Origin: Acidobacteriota bacterium
Lineage (GTDB): Bacteria > Acidobacteriota > UBA890 > WLXD01
Direction of reading: 5' to 3'
DNA length: 64,000 nucleotides
NCBI GenBank assembly: GCA_963666055.2
Contig: CAXWPH010000007.1
Location: forward strand, 224,001 to 288,000
Both the position numbers and the translations under genes were made by a program. Shown one piece after another: positions 10,193 to 18,860 of the stretch (within the stretch, counting starts at the first letter, position 1; the number at the start of each line of letters is the position of its first letter). The notes beneath the pieces are model-generated. The model made no database searches. It was not told the DNA's origin and saw only the letters and a list, made by a program, of their open reading frames with translations.

Positions 10193-11055
10193 TGGACCTC
10201 CGCGTGAAGCGCCCGGGAGCCTTCTTGCTGACGCTGGCGCTGACCGCATGTGGCGGTGCACCGCAGTCGCAGGAATCGTCGAGCGCCGCCGACGGACCGC
10301 TCGACACAGAGCGAGGGACCGACGCTGAATCCGTCATCGGGCCACCCGATGGCATGCACCCCTTCTACCGCAAGTACCTCGACGCCGAAGGGGTGGCGAT
10401 CGTCAGCTCCGCAGCGGTTCCCGACGCGGCGCTGGTCGCGGCTCGACGGAACATCCTGCACCTGCTGAGCAGTCGGCCCGATGTGCACCAGGCGATGCTG
10501 CACCAGGTGCCGCGCATCTCGATCATGGCGATCTCGGAGACCGCCTCCGATTTGCCCGAGTTCGGCGCCAGCGCCGACGGCGAGTGGGGCCTCGGGCAGA
10601 TGCCCGGCGACCCGACCAGCCTCGTTTCAGAGCGCGGCATCTGCTATCCGGGCAACACCGAGTATCGTGCGAACTTCCTGCTGCACGAGTTCGTTCATGT
10701 AATGCAGAACCTGGGCTGGGCGACCACCGATCCGGGGGTCGAAGACGAGATCTTCGCGGCCTACCGGGCGGCGGTGGCGCGGGGGGAATTCGACGCCCCG
10801 GTCGGCGAGCCCGCGAACGTCACCCCGGCCGAGGCCTTCGGCGACGACGAGTACCTGACCCACAACGTCAACGCTTGGTTCGATCTCAACGAGTCGCTGC
10901 CGGGGCCCTGGGTCGACGTGCAGATCGGCGATAACGGGCCGCCTTCGGGCACTCGCGAGGAGCTTCGCCAGCGCGACCCGACGCTGTACGCGCTCATCGA
11001 GCGGTTCGTGCCCGACTCGCTGGGCGATCTGATGGACGGCTGTGCTGGGCGCTAG
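10192..11055 (+). CDS. HEXXH zinc metallopeptidase lipoprotein (lethal-factor/Pro-Pro-endopeptidase-like zincin)
   Basis: Real start is the ATG overlapping the M24 stop (TGATG). Lipobox LTAC; FYRKY, LLHEFVH, DEY..xVxAWFD, TREEL..RDP.LY. Confidence 0.75.
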   Translation: MDLRVKRPGAFLLTLALTACGGAPQSQESSSAADGPLDTERGTDAESVIGPPDGMHPFYRKYLDAEGVAIVSSAAVPDAALVAARRNILHLLSSRPDVHQAMLHQVPRISIMAISETASDLPEFGASADGEWGLGQMPGDPTSLVSERGICYPGNTEYRANFLLHEFVHVMQNLGWATTDPGVEDEIFAAYRAAVARGEFDAPVGEPANVTPAEAFGDDEYLTHNVNAWFDLNESLPGPWVDVQIGDNGPPSGTREELRQRDPTLYALIERFVPDSLGDLMDGCAGR

Positions 11056-13015
11056 CCGGCTGCTGGTGCTGGGCGCAGTCTTAGCAGCAGCACTCGGGAG
11101 CGGGGACGCCAACGCGCAAACGACCGGCGACCAGGAGACTCAACAGACTGACGACGCCAGCTCCGAAACGCCTGAGCTGCTGCGCATCTACTCCACCGCA
11201 ACCGTCATCGATCGTCCGATCTCCTCGGCGACCTCGGCAGTGTTCGTGATCGAGCGTGCGACCATCGAAGCGCTGGCGGCGCGTTCCGCCGCCGAGCTGC
11301 TGCGATTCGTCCCCGGCGTGCAATTGCTCACCGACGGCTCGCGCGGCGGCTCGACGGCAGCGCAGATACGTGGCGGCGACCCCAACTTCACGCTCGTGCT
11401 GCTCGATGGCATCCCGCTCAACGACACCAACGACCAGCAGGGCGGCGCCTTCAACCTCAACAGCCTGCCGACGGAGACGATCGAGCGCATCGAGGTGGTT
11501 TCCGGTCCGCTGTCGGCACACTTCGGCTCCACCGGTCTGGCTGGCGCCATCAACATCATCACGCGTGTCGGGTCAGCTGGCGCAGCCGCCCCGGGGAGCG
11601 GCGGGCCGTCGATCAGTGCTGCGATCGAAGGCGGTTCAGCCTCGTTGATTCGGGCCTCGACGCGGATCAGCAACTGGAAGCAGAGCCACGACTATTCGGC
11701 CGCGCTGCAATTCGAGCGTGAGCAGGGACGCGTCGGCGAGGACCGCTTCGAACAGTTCGACGCGCAGGCGCGGCTTGGTCTGCGGCCCACGGCGACCACT
11801 GATCTTCAGCTTACCGGTCGCGTCGCCAGCTGGGACGCCGATGACTACCCTGTCGCCTCCGGCGGGCCGATCTTCGGGTCTGGCGAGCTGCGAGCGTCGC
11901 ATAACGACGAGCTCAGCCTGGGCGCCGATCTGACCGTGAGTCCGACCGATCGACGGCAGTTCCGCTTCAACGCCTCCGTTTACCGTCACACGCTCGAACG
12001 AACCAGCCCGGCGGTGCCGCCGCTGGTGCCGGCTGCGGTCGAGGACGCCCGCTTCACGCGCGCCCGGCTGGGTGCCTCGGCGGTCTTCCGGACCTCCGAC
12101 GTGGGCTTCGTAAGCGCCGGGTTCGATGTGACCCGGGAGAGCGGCGACGTCGCCAGCGTCCTGGCGTTGCCGCCCTTTCTGGGCGGCGACATAGCCGGTA
12201 ACTACAACATCGCCCGGACTGTCGGCGGCCCTTTCGCCGAACTCGTGTTGGAGCTCGATGACGTCGTTATCGAGGTTGGCACCCGATTGGACTTCTCGGA
12301 CAGTAGCGACCCGCAGTTCAGCCCACGGTTCGGTATCGCCTACCGGACCGGCAGCGACACACGGATTCGCGCCTCAATCGGCCGCGCCTTCAAGCTGCCC
12401 AGCTTCTTCGCCCTCGCCAGCCCCCGGGCGCTCGGCGGCAACCCGGATCTGCTTCCCGAAACCTCATGGGGCGCCGACATCGGCCTGCAACACGAGTGGC
12501 GCGGTGCCGGCGTGAGCTTTGGGCTGACGGCCTTCTACAACCGCTTCAACGATCTCGTCGACTTCGATTTCGAGACCTTTCAGAACATCAATCGCAATGC
12601 CGTGGAGACGCGCGGCGCGGAGATGAGCCTCGGATGGCGAGCCGACGATCGCTTCAACGTCGCCGTCACCGTCACCCGCCAGGAAGTCGAAGACCTGAGT
12701 TCCCCGGAGCCGTTGTTGCAGCGACCCGAGTGGCTGTCGAGCCTTCGCGCCACCTGGAGAGCACACCATCGAGTGCTGCTGGCGCTCGACGTCCAGCAGG
12801 TTGCCGGCAGCTTCGACCGCCAGCTTCCTGTCCCCGGTCGAGACCGTGTCGATGGTCGCACGCTGCTGGGGATGAGCGGCTCATGGGAGCTCGCGCCGCA
12901 GGTCGCCGTCGTGGCGCGAGCCGACAACCTCGCCAACGCCAGCTATGAGACGCTCATCGGGTTCCCGGGGCCCTCGCGATCGCTTCGAGTCGGGATTCGA
13001 TACACCAGGCGCTAG
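11042..13015 (+). CDS. TonB-dependent receptor (BtuB/CirA-like)
   Basis: Signal peptide, plug motifs IRGG...LVLLDG and IERIEVVSGP.S..FG, FKLPSF, GNPDLLPE, DNLAN. Confidence 0.93.
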   Translation: MLGASRLLVLGAVLAAALGSGDANAQTTGDQETQQTDDASSETPELLRIYSTATVIDRPISSATSAVFVIERATIEALAARSAAELLRFVPGVQLLTDGSRGGSTAAQIRGGDPNFTLVLLDGIPLNDTNDQQGGAFNLNSLPTETIERIEVVSGPLSAHFGSTGLAGAINIITRVGSAGAAAPGSGGPSISAAIEGGSASLIRASTRISNWKQSHDYSAALQFEREQGRVGEDRFEQFDAQARLGLRPTATTDLQLTGRVASWDADDYPVASGGPIFGSGELRASHNDELSLGADLTVSPTDRRQFRFNASVYRHTLERTSPAVPPLVPAAVEDARFTRARLGASAVFRTSDVGFVSAGFDVTRESGDVASVLALPPFLGGDIAGNYNIARTVGGPFAELVLELDDVVIEVGTRLDFSDSSDPQFSPRFGIAYRTGSDTRIRASIGRAFKLPSFFALASPRALGGNPDLLPETSWGADIGLQHEWRGAGVSFGLTAFYNRFNDLVDFDFETFQNINRNAVETRGAEMSLGWRADDRFNVAVTVTRQEVEDLSSPEPLLQRPEWLSSLRATWRAHHRVLLALDVQQVAGSFDRQLPVPGRDRVDGRTLLGMSGSWELAPQVAVVARADNLANASYETLIGFPGPSRSLRVGIRYTRR

Positions 13016-13086
13016 CGCGCGGGATCGTCGACGGCGTGGCCGTCCGAATAGTGTGAAACGAACGAGCCCGCCCCGAAAGGTTGCGC

Positions 13087-13122
13087 TTGATGTAAAGGAC
13101 AAGCTCCTTACTATTGTAAGGG
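13087..13122 (+). promoter_or_regulatory. Sigma70-like promoter with palindromic operator (orphan toxin-antitoxin promoter)
   Basis: TTGATG (13087-13092), 16 bp spacer, TACTAT (13109-13114). Overlapped by the palindrome CCTTAC-tatt-GTAAGG and followed by an AAGGGA RBS. Confidence 0.55.
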
Positions 13123-13123
13123 A

Positions 13124-13183
13124 ATGGCGAAAGTGGCAGGGCGCCTCTACGGCACGGTCCGGATCGTCAACCCCTTCGAATGA
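13124..13183 (+). pseudogene. Collapsed AbrB/MazE-PIN toxin-antitoxin remnant (19-aa chimera MAKVAGRLYGTVRIVNPFE)
   Basis: MAKV resembles an AbrB-type antitoxin N-terminus. GRLYGTVRIVNPF resembles the conserved C-terminus of PIN-domain toxins. Confidence 0.55.
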
Positions 13184-13189
13184 CGTTCC

Positions 13190-14473
13190 TCAGGCGTGCA
13201 GCCGCCGGATCCTCGGAATGGCCCAGAGGACAAGCCCGAACGACACCGGGTGCAGCAGGCTGACGATAGCGAATATCGGTGCGTAGCTGCCCGACGAGGC
13301 CAGAATCCAGCCCACCAGGGCGGCGAAGGCCATGCCGCCGAAGGCGCCGGCGGAGCCGATCAGGCCGGCCACCGAACCCACCTGGCTCTTAGGGTAGAGG
13401 TCGGCGGGGAGCGTCTGCACGACGACGTTCCAGATCTGATGGCCCATGAAGGCCAGGCTGATGAACAGGATGGCAACGCCCGCTGGAACGGAAACCACCA
13501 GCGCCGCCGCCGGCATGAGCGCGGCGCCGAGCCCGAGGGTGATCTTGCGGGCGCGATCGAGGCTCTGCCCGCCGCTCAGCAAACGACTCGACAGCCAGCC
13601 GCCGAAGAGGCTGCCCAGACCTGCTGCCGCATACGGGATCCAGGCGAAGTAGCCGACCTCGGCGATGTTGAAGCCGCGCACGTCGAACAGATACTTGGGG
13701 ATCCAGAAGATGTAGAAGTACCAGACCGGATCGGTGAGGAACTTGATCACCAGCAGACAGCGCAGCTCGCGGTGTGCGAACAGCGCCAGCCAGCGCGGTG
13801 CCTCTTCGGCAGCGCCGTCGGCCTCCTCGCCGGCGCCCCCGGCCTCCTCGCGGTGCGCCACGCTGATGAGCTCCAGCTCCTCGGGGGTGATGCGTGGGTG
13901 CTCGTGCGGGAGCCGGTAGAAGAACGCCCAGTACAGACACCAGAGCAGCCCCAGCCCGCCGGCGACAAAGAACACCCAGCGCCAGCCCAGGGCGATCATG
14001 ATGAAGCTGAACAGCGGCACTGCGATCACCGAGCCGATGCTCGACCCGGTGTTGAACAGCCCGAAGGCAGTGGAGCGCTCGCGCGCCGGGAACCACTCCG
14101 ACACCGCCTTGCTCGAGGCGGGGAATCCCCCACCCTCCCCCATGCCGAGCAGGAACCGCGACACGGCGAGGCCGAGGAAGCTGTTGGAGAAGCCATGGGC
14201 GATCACTGCGAGCGCCCAGAAAACATTGATCAGAAGGAAGCCTGTGTAGGTTCCGAGTCGGTCGACCAGCCGCCCGCCCACGGCGTACATGATGGCGTAG
14301 GCGAACAGGAACAGGCTATTGAGAGTGGCGTACTGCGACTCGCTGATCGACAGCGCCACCTGCACCTGGATGATCACCACCGACAGGGTCATCCGGTCCA
14401 TGTAGTTGTTGACCGTGTCGAGCGTCACGACGCCGGCAACGCGCCAGCGGATGTTCTTGATCGTGCGGGCCAT
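13190..14473 (-). CDS. MFS transporter, ACS family (ExuT/hexuronate-transporter-like)
   Basis: RW...NYMDR, RFLLGMGEGGGFP, EWFPARERS, FLTDPVWYFYIFW.P.YL...RG. Confidence 0.9.
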   Translation of the reverse strand: MARTIKNIRWRVAGVVTLDTVNNYMDRMTLSVVIIQVQVALSISESQYATLNSLFLFAYAIMYAVGGRLVDRLGTYTGFLLINVFWALAVIAHGFSNSFLGLAVSRFLLGMGEGGGFPASSKAVSEWFPARERSTAFGLFNTGSSIGSVIAVPLFSFIMIALGWRWVFFVAGGLGLLWCLYWAFFYRLPHEHPRITPEELELISVAHREEAGGAGEEADGAAEEAPRWLALFAHRELRCLLVIKFLTDPVWYFYIFWIPKYLFDVRGFNIAEVGYFAWIPYAAAGLGSLFGGWLSSRLLSGGQSLDRARKITLGLGAALMPAAALVVSVPAGVAILFISLAFMGHQIWNVVVQTLPADLYPKSQVGSVAGLIGSAGAFGGMAFAALVGWILASSGSYAPIFAIVSLLHPVSFGLVLWAIPRIRRLHA

Positions 14474-14478
14474 GCCTG

Positions 14479-15513
14479 CTAGCGGCGCACCCACTCGAGC
14501 CGCGCGACGCGATAGCCGCTGAGATCTGGCATCACCGCGGTGACGTAGTAGCTGTCGGCCTCGCGGACAACCCAGGTGGCCTCACTGTCCAGCGTCGTCA
14601 CCAGGTAGCGGTCATCACCGACACCGAAGTCGAGCGGATCGGTGGATCGGTAAACAGAGGTCAGCATGCGCCCCCCGCCTGCCGGGCTCGAGTGCGTTCG
14701 GAACAGATAGTACGCCTGTGCTTCATCGATCCACAGCACGGCGGGCACCTCGCCATCGAACCAATCGCTACCGGCGCTACCACCTGCCGAGACGATGATC
14801 GACTCGCTCCAGGTCATCAGGTCGGGTGAGGTGCGTGCATAGACCGATCCCACTCCGCCCGGGTTGGCGGTGTAGTAGACATAGTAGGTGTCATCGAACT
14901 GCGTGATCATCGGATCGCGCGTGCTGTTGCCCAGCCCCTCATCGAACGCCCCGGCGATGCCGTCGCCGCCGATCTGGCGAGTGAACTCCTTGCCATCAGG
15001 GCTGCGAGCGAAGCAAATATGCTCCCAGTCTCCGTAGGCAAGAATCCATTCGTCGCCGATCCGCGTTGCGTGCGGCGACTGCAGGCCGCCGGGAGTCTCG
15101 CCGACGCTCGAGTCGGCCATCATGGCGATGCCGACAGGCTGCCAGTCGATGTCCGTAATGCGAGCACCTTCCCAGCGAAAGAAGAGCCGAGTATTGCCGC
15201 CGACGTTGGTCTTGCGGATACAACCCCACAGCTGCCAAGTTCCGTCGGCCGCCTGCCAAACGCCGAAGGCGGTGGGCTCCTGCTCCGCGCTGGTGAACTC
15301 GCCCAGATCCGGATTGCCGGCGATCCGCCACCACTCGCCGCTGATCTCCGGTACCAGCACACCGGCCGCAACTTCCTCCACCTCACCCTCTGGCTGACCA
15401 CACGCCTGCATCGCGCCGCCGAGCAGCGCCGCGACCATGATCCAGACCACAGGTGAGCTCTCGATGCCTGCAACCATCAACCCAGGCAGCGGCTTCGGCC
15501 TCGGGTCTGGCAT
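14479..15513 (-). CDS. Five-bladed beta-propeller glycoside hydrolase-like protein (GH32/43/130-like clan), probable lipoprotein
   Basis: QAADGTWQLWGCIR, LQSPH, ICFARS.DG, RDP, SPDLMTWS, EVP, YYLFRT. Confidence 0.65.
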   Translation of the reverse strand: MPDPRPKPLPGLMVAGIESSPVVWIMVAALLGGAMQACGQPEGEVEEVAAGVLVPEISGEWWRIAGNPDLGEFTSAEQEPTAFGVWQAADGTWQLWGCIRKTNVGGNTRLFFRWEGARITDIDWQPVGIAMMADSSVGETPGGLQSPHATRIGDEWILAYGDWEHICFARSPDGKEFTRQIGGDGIAGAFDEGLGNSTRDPMITQFDDTYYVYYTANPGGVGSVYARTSPDLMTWSESIIVSAGGSAGSDWFDGEVPAVLWIDEAQAYYLFRTHSSPAGGGRMLTSVYRSTDPLDFGVGDDRYLVTTLDSEATWVVREADSYYVTAVMPDLSGYRVARLEWVRR

Positions 15514-15518
15514 CGGCG

Positions 15519-16886
15519 TCAGCGAATTACGTGCCAGTCGGGAGCTCGATTCAGGAACTCGAAGCCGTTCTCGGTAAAGGCCACTATCTGACCGTGACCG
15601 AGCTCCAGACCTTGCTCGCCCCAGCCTTCGATGGTGACATCGATATGCGGTTCGAAGGCATAGAGGGTGTTGTGGTGCAGCGTGTGGTCGTTGGTAACGA
15701 TCGACGTCGACGCGTAGCCCGGGCCCGACGTCATGCCTACCACCGCGGTCTTGGTCGACAGCATCCAGCCGTCACGGTGGAAACGAAGCATGTATTTCGG
15801 CGGTGGATGAAAGTCGTTGGTCGGCGGACCAGCCAGGTTGTCGGGGAACGTCAAGGCGTCGGAGGCCGCAACGATCTCCTTGCCGGTGCGCCCGACCTTG
15901 AACTCGGCGGCGAACTGATCCTGGATTGCATTGGCCGTGTTGAGCGCATCCACCAGCTCGACAGGAACCTCCGTCTCGCCGTCGCGCAGCACATAGGCGT
16001 ATTGATGCGTATCGGTAACCAAGCCAAACATGAACACGTCGGTGTCGACTCGTAGCACATCACCGCGTCGGATCACCACGTCGATATCGTTGCGGGTGCG
16101 GGCGCCAACGACATGCTCCATCGGGTCGTCGTACTTCTCGATGTCCGCCAGACTACGCTGGATCGAGATGCTCGGGTGGTTCTCGTGCTCGATCCCCAGG
16201 TCGAGCATCCGTTGGCGGAACCACCAGTTGAGATCGTCCGTCGTGGTCACGTTCGGAGTGACGGTGGCGCTCGATAACGCCTCGGCGATGATCTCGTTCG
16301 CCAGTCCCACGACATCGCGGAAGCGCTCGATCATCTCCGGGCTTACGGTCTCGTACCAGCGCACACCGAGCGTCCACGAATCGATCGTGCGCGAGGCATA
16401 GCTTCCCAGCGCTGTGAGCATCGGCTCATTGTCGAATAGGCTGATCGCGATAGTGTCGGGATCACGTTCGGCAACGAGCTCGCCAATGTGGTCGTAGCTG
16501 CGCGGCTCGACGTACTCGATCTCATCGCCGTTGTCGTAGAACAGCAGGAACACCGGCTTCGAGTCGCCGTACTGGCCGTCGAAGATCATGCCTCGCAGAT
16601 CCGCTGGTACCAGTGACGAATAAACCGGCCCCTCGTTGTTGTAATAGAGGTCGGCCTCGTTGTCGCGAATGATCCACAGATCGACGCCCTGCTCACGCAT
16701 GACCATCGGGAGCACATTTCCCCGCTTCCACTGGGTCCAGCGTTCGGCAATCTCGACGCGCTCACGCAGCGGCGGCAATCTGCTGGCGTGGGGTCCCTCG
16801 GTGGCTTGCCGGGGCGGGGGCGCCACCTGACAGCCGGACACGGCTACGGCGATGACGGTCGTCGTCCAAAGAACTCGCGGGCGCAT
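15519..16886 (-). CDS. M24-fold lipoprotein, copy 2 (divergent site, lacks the last Glu ligand)
   Basis: Lipobox AVSGC. LPPLRER, VMREQG.DLWI, TPNVTTTDD, GDV..D...TD..QYAYVL, AFEP. AGGAGAGG RBS. Confidence 0.8.
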   Translation of the reverse strand: MRPRVLWTTTVIAVAVSGCQVAPPPRQATEGPHASRLPPLRERVEIAERWTQWKRGNVLPMVMREQGVDLWIIRDNEADLYYNNEGPVYSSLVPADLRGMIFDGQYGDSKPVFLLFYDNGDEIEYVEPRSYDHIGELVAERDPDTIAISLFDNEPMLTALGSYASRTIDSWTLGVRWYETVSPEMIERFRDVVGLANEIIAEALSSATVTPNVTTTDDLNWWFRQRMLDLGIEHENHPSISIQRSLADIEKYDDPMEHVVGARTRNDIDVVIRRGDVLRVDTDVFMFGLVTDTHQYAYVLRDGETEVPVELVDALNTANAIQDQFAAEFKVGRTGKEIVAASDALTFPDNLAGPPTNDFHPPPKYMLRFHRDGWMLSTKTAVVGMTSGPGYASTSIVTNDHTLHHNTLYAFEPHIDVTIEGWGEQGLELGHGQIVAFTENGFEFLNRAPDWHVIR

Positions 16887-16946
16887 GCTACCTCTCCTCG
16901 GGACCCGATCGCGCCTTGGACGACGGGCGACCGGCATTTTCGGACC

Positions 16947-18860
16947 TCACTCGCCGGCGCCCAGGGTAATCGTCGCCCGATCATGTCCTGCCTGAGCAGC
17001 GCGGACCTCCAGCGACACCTCAGCGCCTGCTTCAGCGTAGACGCGCCACTCGATCTTCTTGGTCGATTCGTCGGCACCGGCACCCCAGCGCCAGATGTAC
17101 GAGTGCCTGCCGAGGATATGCCCGGCGTTCTGCAACGCACCGCCTTCGATCTCCCCGCCGTCGACCTCGAGCTCCGCCAGAATCGGATTGTCACGCCGGA
17201 TCTCCAGCGCCTTGCGGCTCACATAGGTCGGCAGGTAGCCCTGGTTCTGCAGCGTCGCTACTACCCGATATTCGCCCTCGGCAACGCGCTCGGCCGACAG
17301 GCCGGCGATCGCGAGCACCGGGGCCTGGTCGGCGATGTAGAGCAGGAAACGGTAGTGCAGGTCGGCCTGGTCACGCATACGCTCGTCCAGGCCCGGCGGC
17401 ATGCCGCGCGGCCCGCCGATCTCGACCAGCCCAAGCGTCGGGTGCTCGTAGCGCTCCCAGTGACTCCAGAGCTCGCCGCCCTTGTCCTCATCGTTCCAGC
17501 GCAAGATCTCGAACACGGTGACGTAGCGATCGCCATCGTAGTCTTTGCCGATGGCCATGCCCTCGGGCATCAGGGCGTGAATGCCGCGGCTGATATAGGC
17601 CCAATCGATCTCGCAGCCGTGTTGCACGTCGGTGTAGGCGCCGGCGGCAATCTCCTGGCTGTAGTAGTTGTTCTCGATGATGTTGCCGCCGCCCAGCGCC
17701 GACCACACGGCCCCGATGCGCGTGTAGAATTCATTGTCCTCGGGCGCCATCCAATCGTACGGATGGTGCAGGCCGGGCCGGGCAGTGTAGTTCCGCGCCG
17801 TCTGATCGGCGTGCATGTTGTACTGGAAAAAGATGTTCTTGTGCCCGGTGATGAAAAACGCCGCGGCACGCACCTCGGGTAGCGAAAATGGAAAGGGCCC
17901 GCCGCCGGGCTCGTCGGGCCGCCACTCGGCTCCCCAATCGCGATTGAAATCAGAGGGCGGCGGATCGAGGCCGACGTTGCGCTCGAAGCCGTTCACCGTG
18001 AGGTTGATCTCGTCGATCGGGTACAGCGGCTCCACCCCTTCCGTGTAGATGGAGTAGCGCTCGTCCGGTGGCACCGGGTGCTCGATCGGTGGCGGAGCCT
18101 CGCCGGTTGGCTGCCAACGCGACGCGGCTCCAACGGCGGTCGAGCCGAGAACTTGCTGCCCGCTCGAACGCCAGCGCTTGGTCTCGTCGTACTCGGTCGC
18201 CACGTAGTTCCAGCGCCCATTATCGCGGGCGCGGAGACGTAGCATGACGCGGCTGTCCTGTGGACTCTCGTACCACCAACCGTCCGGATCCTTCACCCGG
18301 ATGCTGCTGATGTAGCCGTCGCCGTCGAGGTCACGGCCAGCCTGCCGCTGCGGCTCGTGGCCGGGCCACGACGGATGCCGGGTCAGCGAGCGCTCGCCGC
18401 CATCGGCGTCAAACATCGGCACGATGTAGAAGACGCGGCTGTCGATCAGGCGAGTGACGACATCATCAACGCCGTACGTCTGCAGCAACCGCTCGATGAT
18501 GTACATGGCGCGCACGCGGCCGTTCGCCTCGTGCGCATGGAGGTTGCCGTCGATCCACAGGCCCGGCTTCGAGTCTCCCGGGCCGGTCGCGGAGCTGGTG
18601 ATCTCCATCAACCAGAGATCTCTGCCCTCGGCCGTCTTGCCGATGCTCTGCAGGCTGGCGATCTCCGGGTGCTGCGCCGCCAGCTCCCGAAGGCGCTCGG
18701 TAACCTCCGCATACAGCGGATACGGCCAACGGCCGAAGTCGTAGTCGATGTCGGTAAGCTCATGAGCGATGGCGTCGAGGGAACCTTGCCCGTACGCGCT
18801 CGGCGAAATCATCGAGGCCATCAGCAGTATCAGCAGCAGTGGTCGCATCGGTCGCCTCAT
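16947..18860 (-). CDS. Secreted M14 zinc carboxypeptidase-family protein, copy C
   Basis: GKT.EGR.LW, KPG.WIDGNLHAHE, DFNRDW, SLPE, NMH, catalytic E (LMPE). Start overlaps the upstream stop. Confidence 0.9.
   Translation of the reverse strand: MRRPMRPLLLILLMASMISPSAYGQGSLDAIAHELTDIDYDFGRWPYPLYAEVTERLRELAAQHPEIASLQSIGKTAEGRDLWLMEITSSATGPGDSKPGLWIDGNLHAHEANGRVRAMYIIERLLQTYGVDDVVTRLIDSRVFYIVPMFDADGGERSLTRHPSWPGHEPQRQAGRDLDGDGYISSIRVKDPDGWWYESPQDSRVMLRLRARDNGRWNYVATEYDETKRWRSSGQQVLGSTAVGAASRWQPTGEAPPPIEHPVPPDERYSIYTEGVEPLYPIDEINLTVNGFERNVGLDPPPSDFNRDWGAEWRPDEPGGGPFPFSLPEVRAAAFFITGHKNIFFQYNMHADQTARNYTARPGLHHPYDWMAPEDNEFYTRIGAVWSALGGGNIIENNYYSQEIAAGAYTDVQHGCEIDWAYISRGIHALMPEGMAIGKDYDGDRYVTVFEILRWNDEDKGGELWSHWERYEHPTLGLVEIGGPRGMPPGLDERMRDQADLHYRFLLYIADQAPVLAIAGLSAERVAEGEYRVVATLQNQGYLPTYVSRKALEIRRDNPILAELEVDGGEIEGGALQNAGHILGRHSYIWRWGAGADESTKKIEWRVYAEAGAEVSLEVRAAQAGHDRATITLGAGE

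Noticed and set aside
10900-11042. Cobalamin riboswitch upstream of the BtuB-like receptor
   Set aside because: The receptor overlaps the upstream gene; there is no leader and no B12-box pattern.
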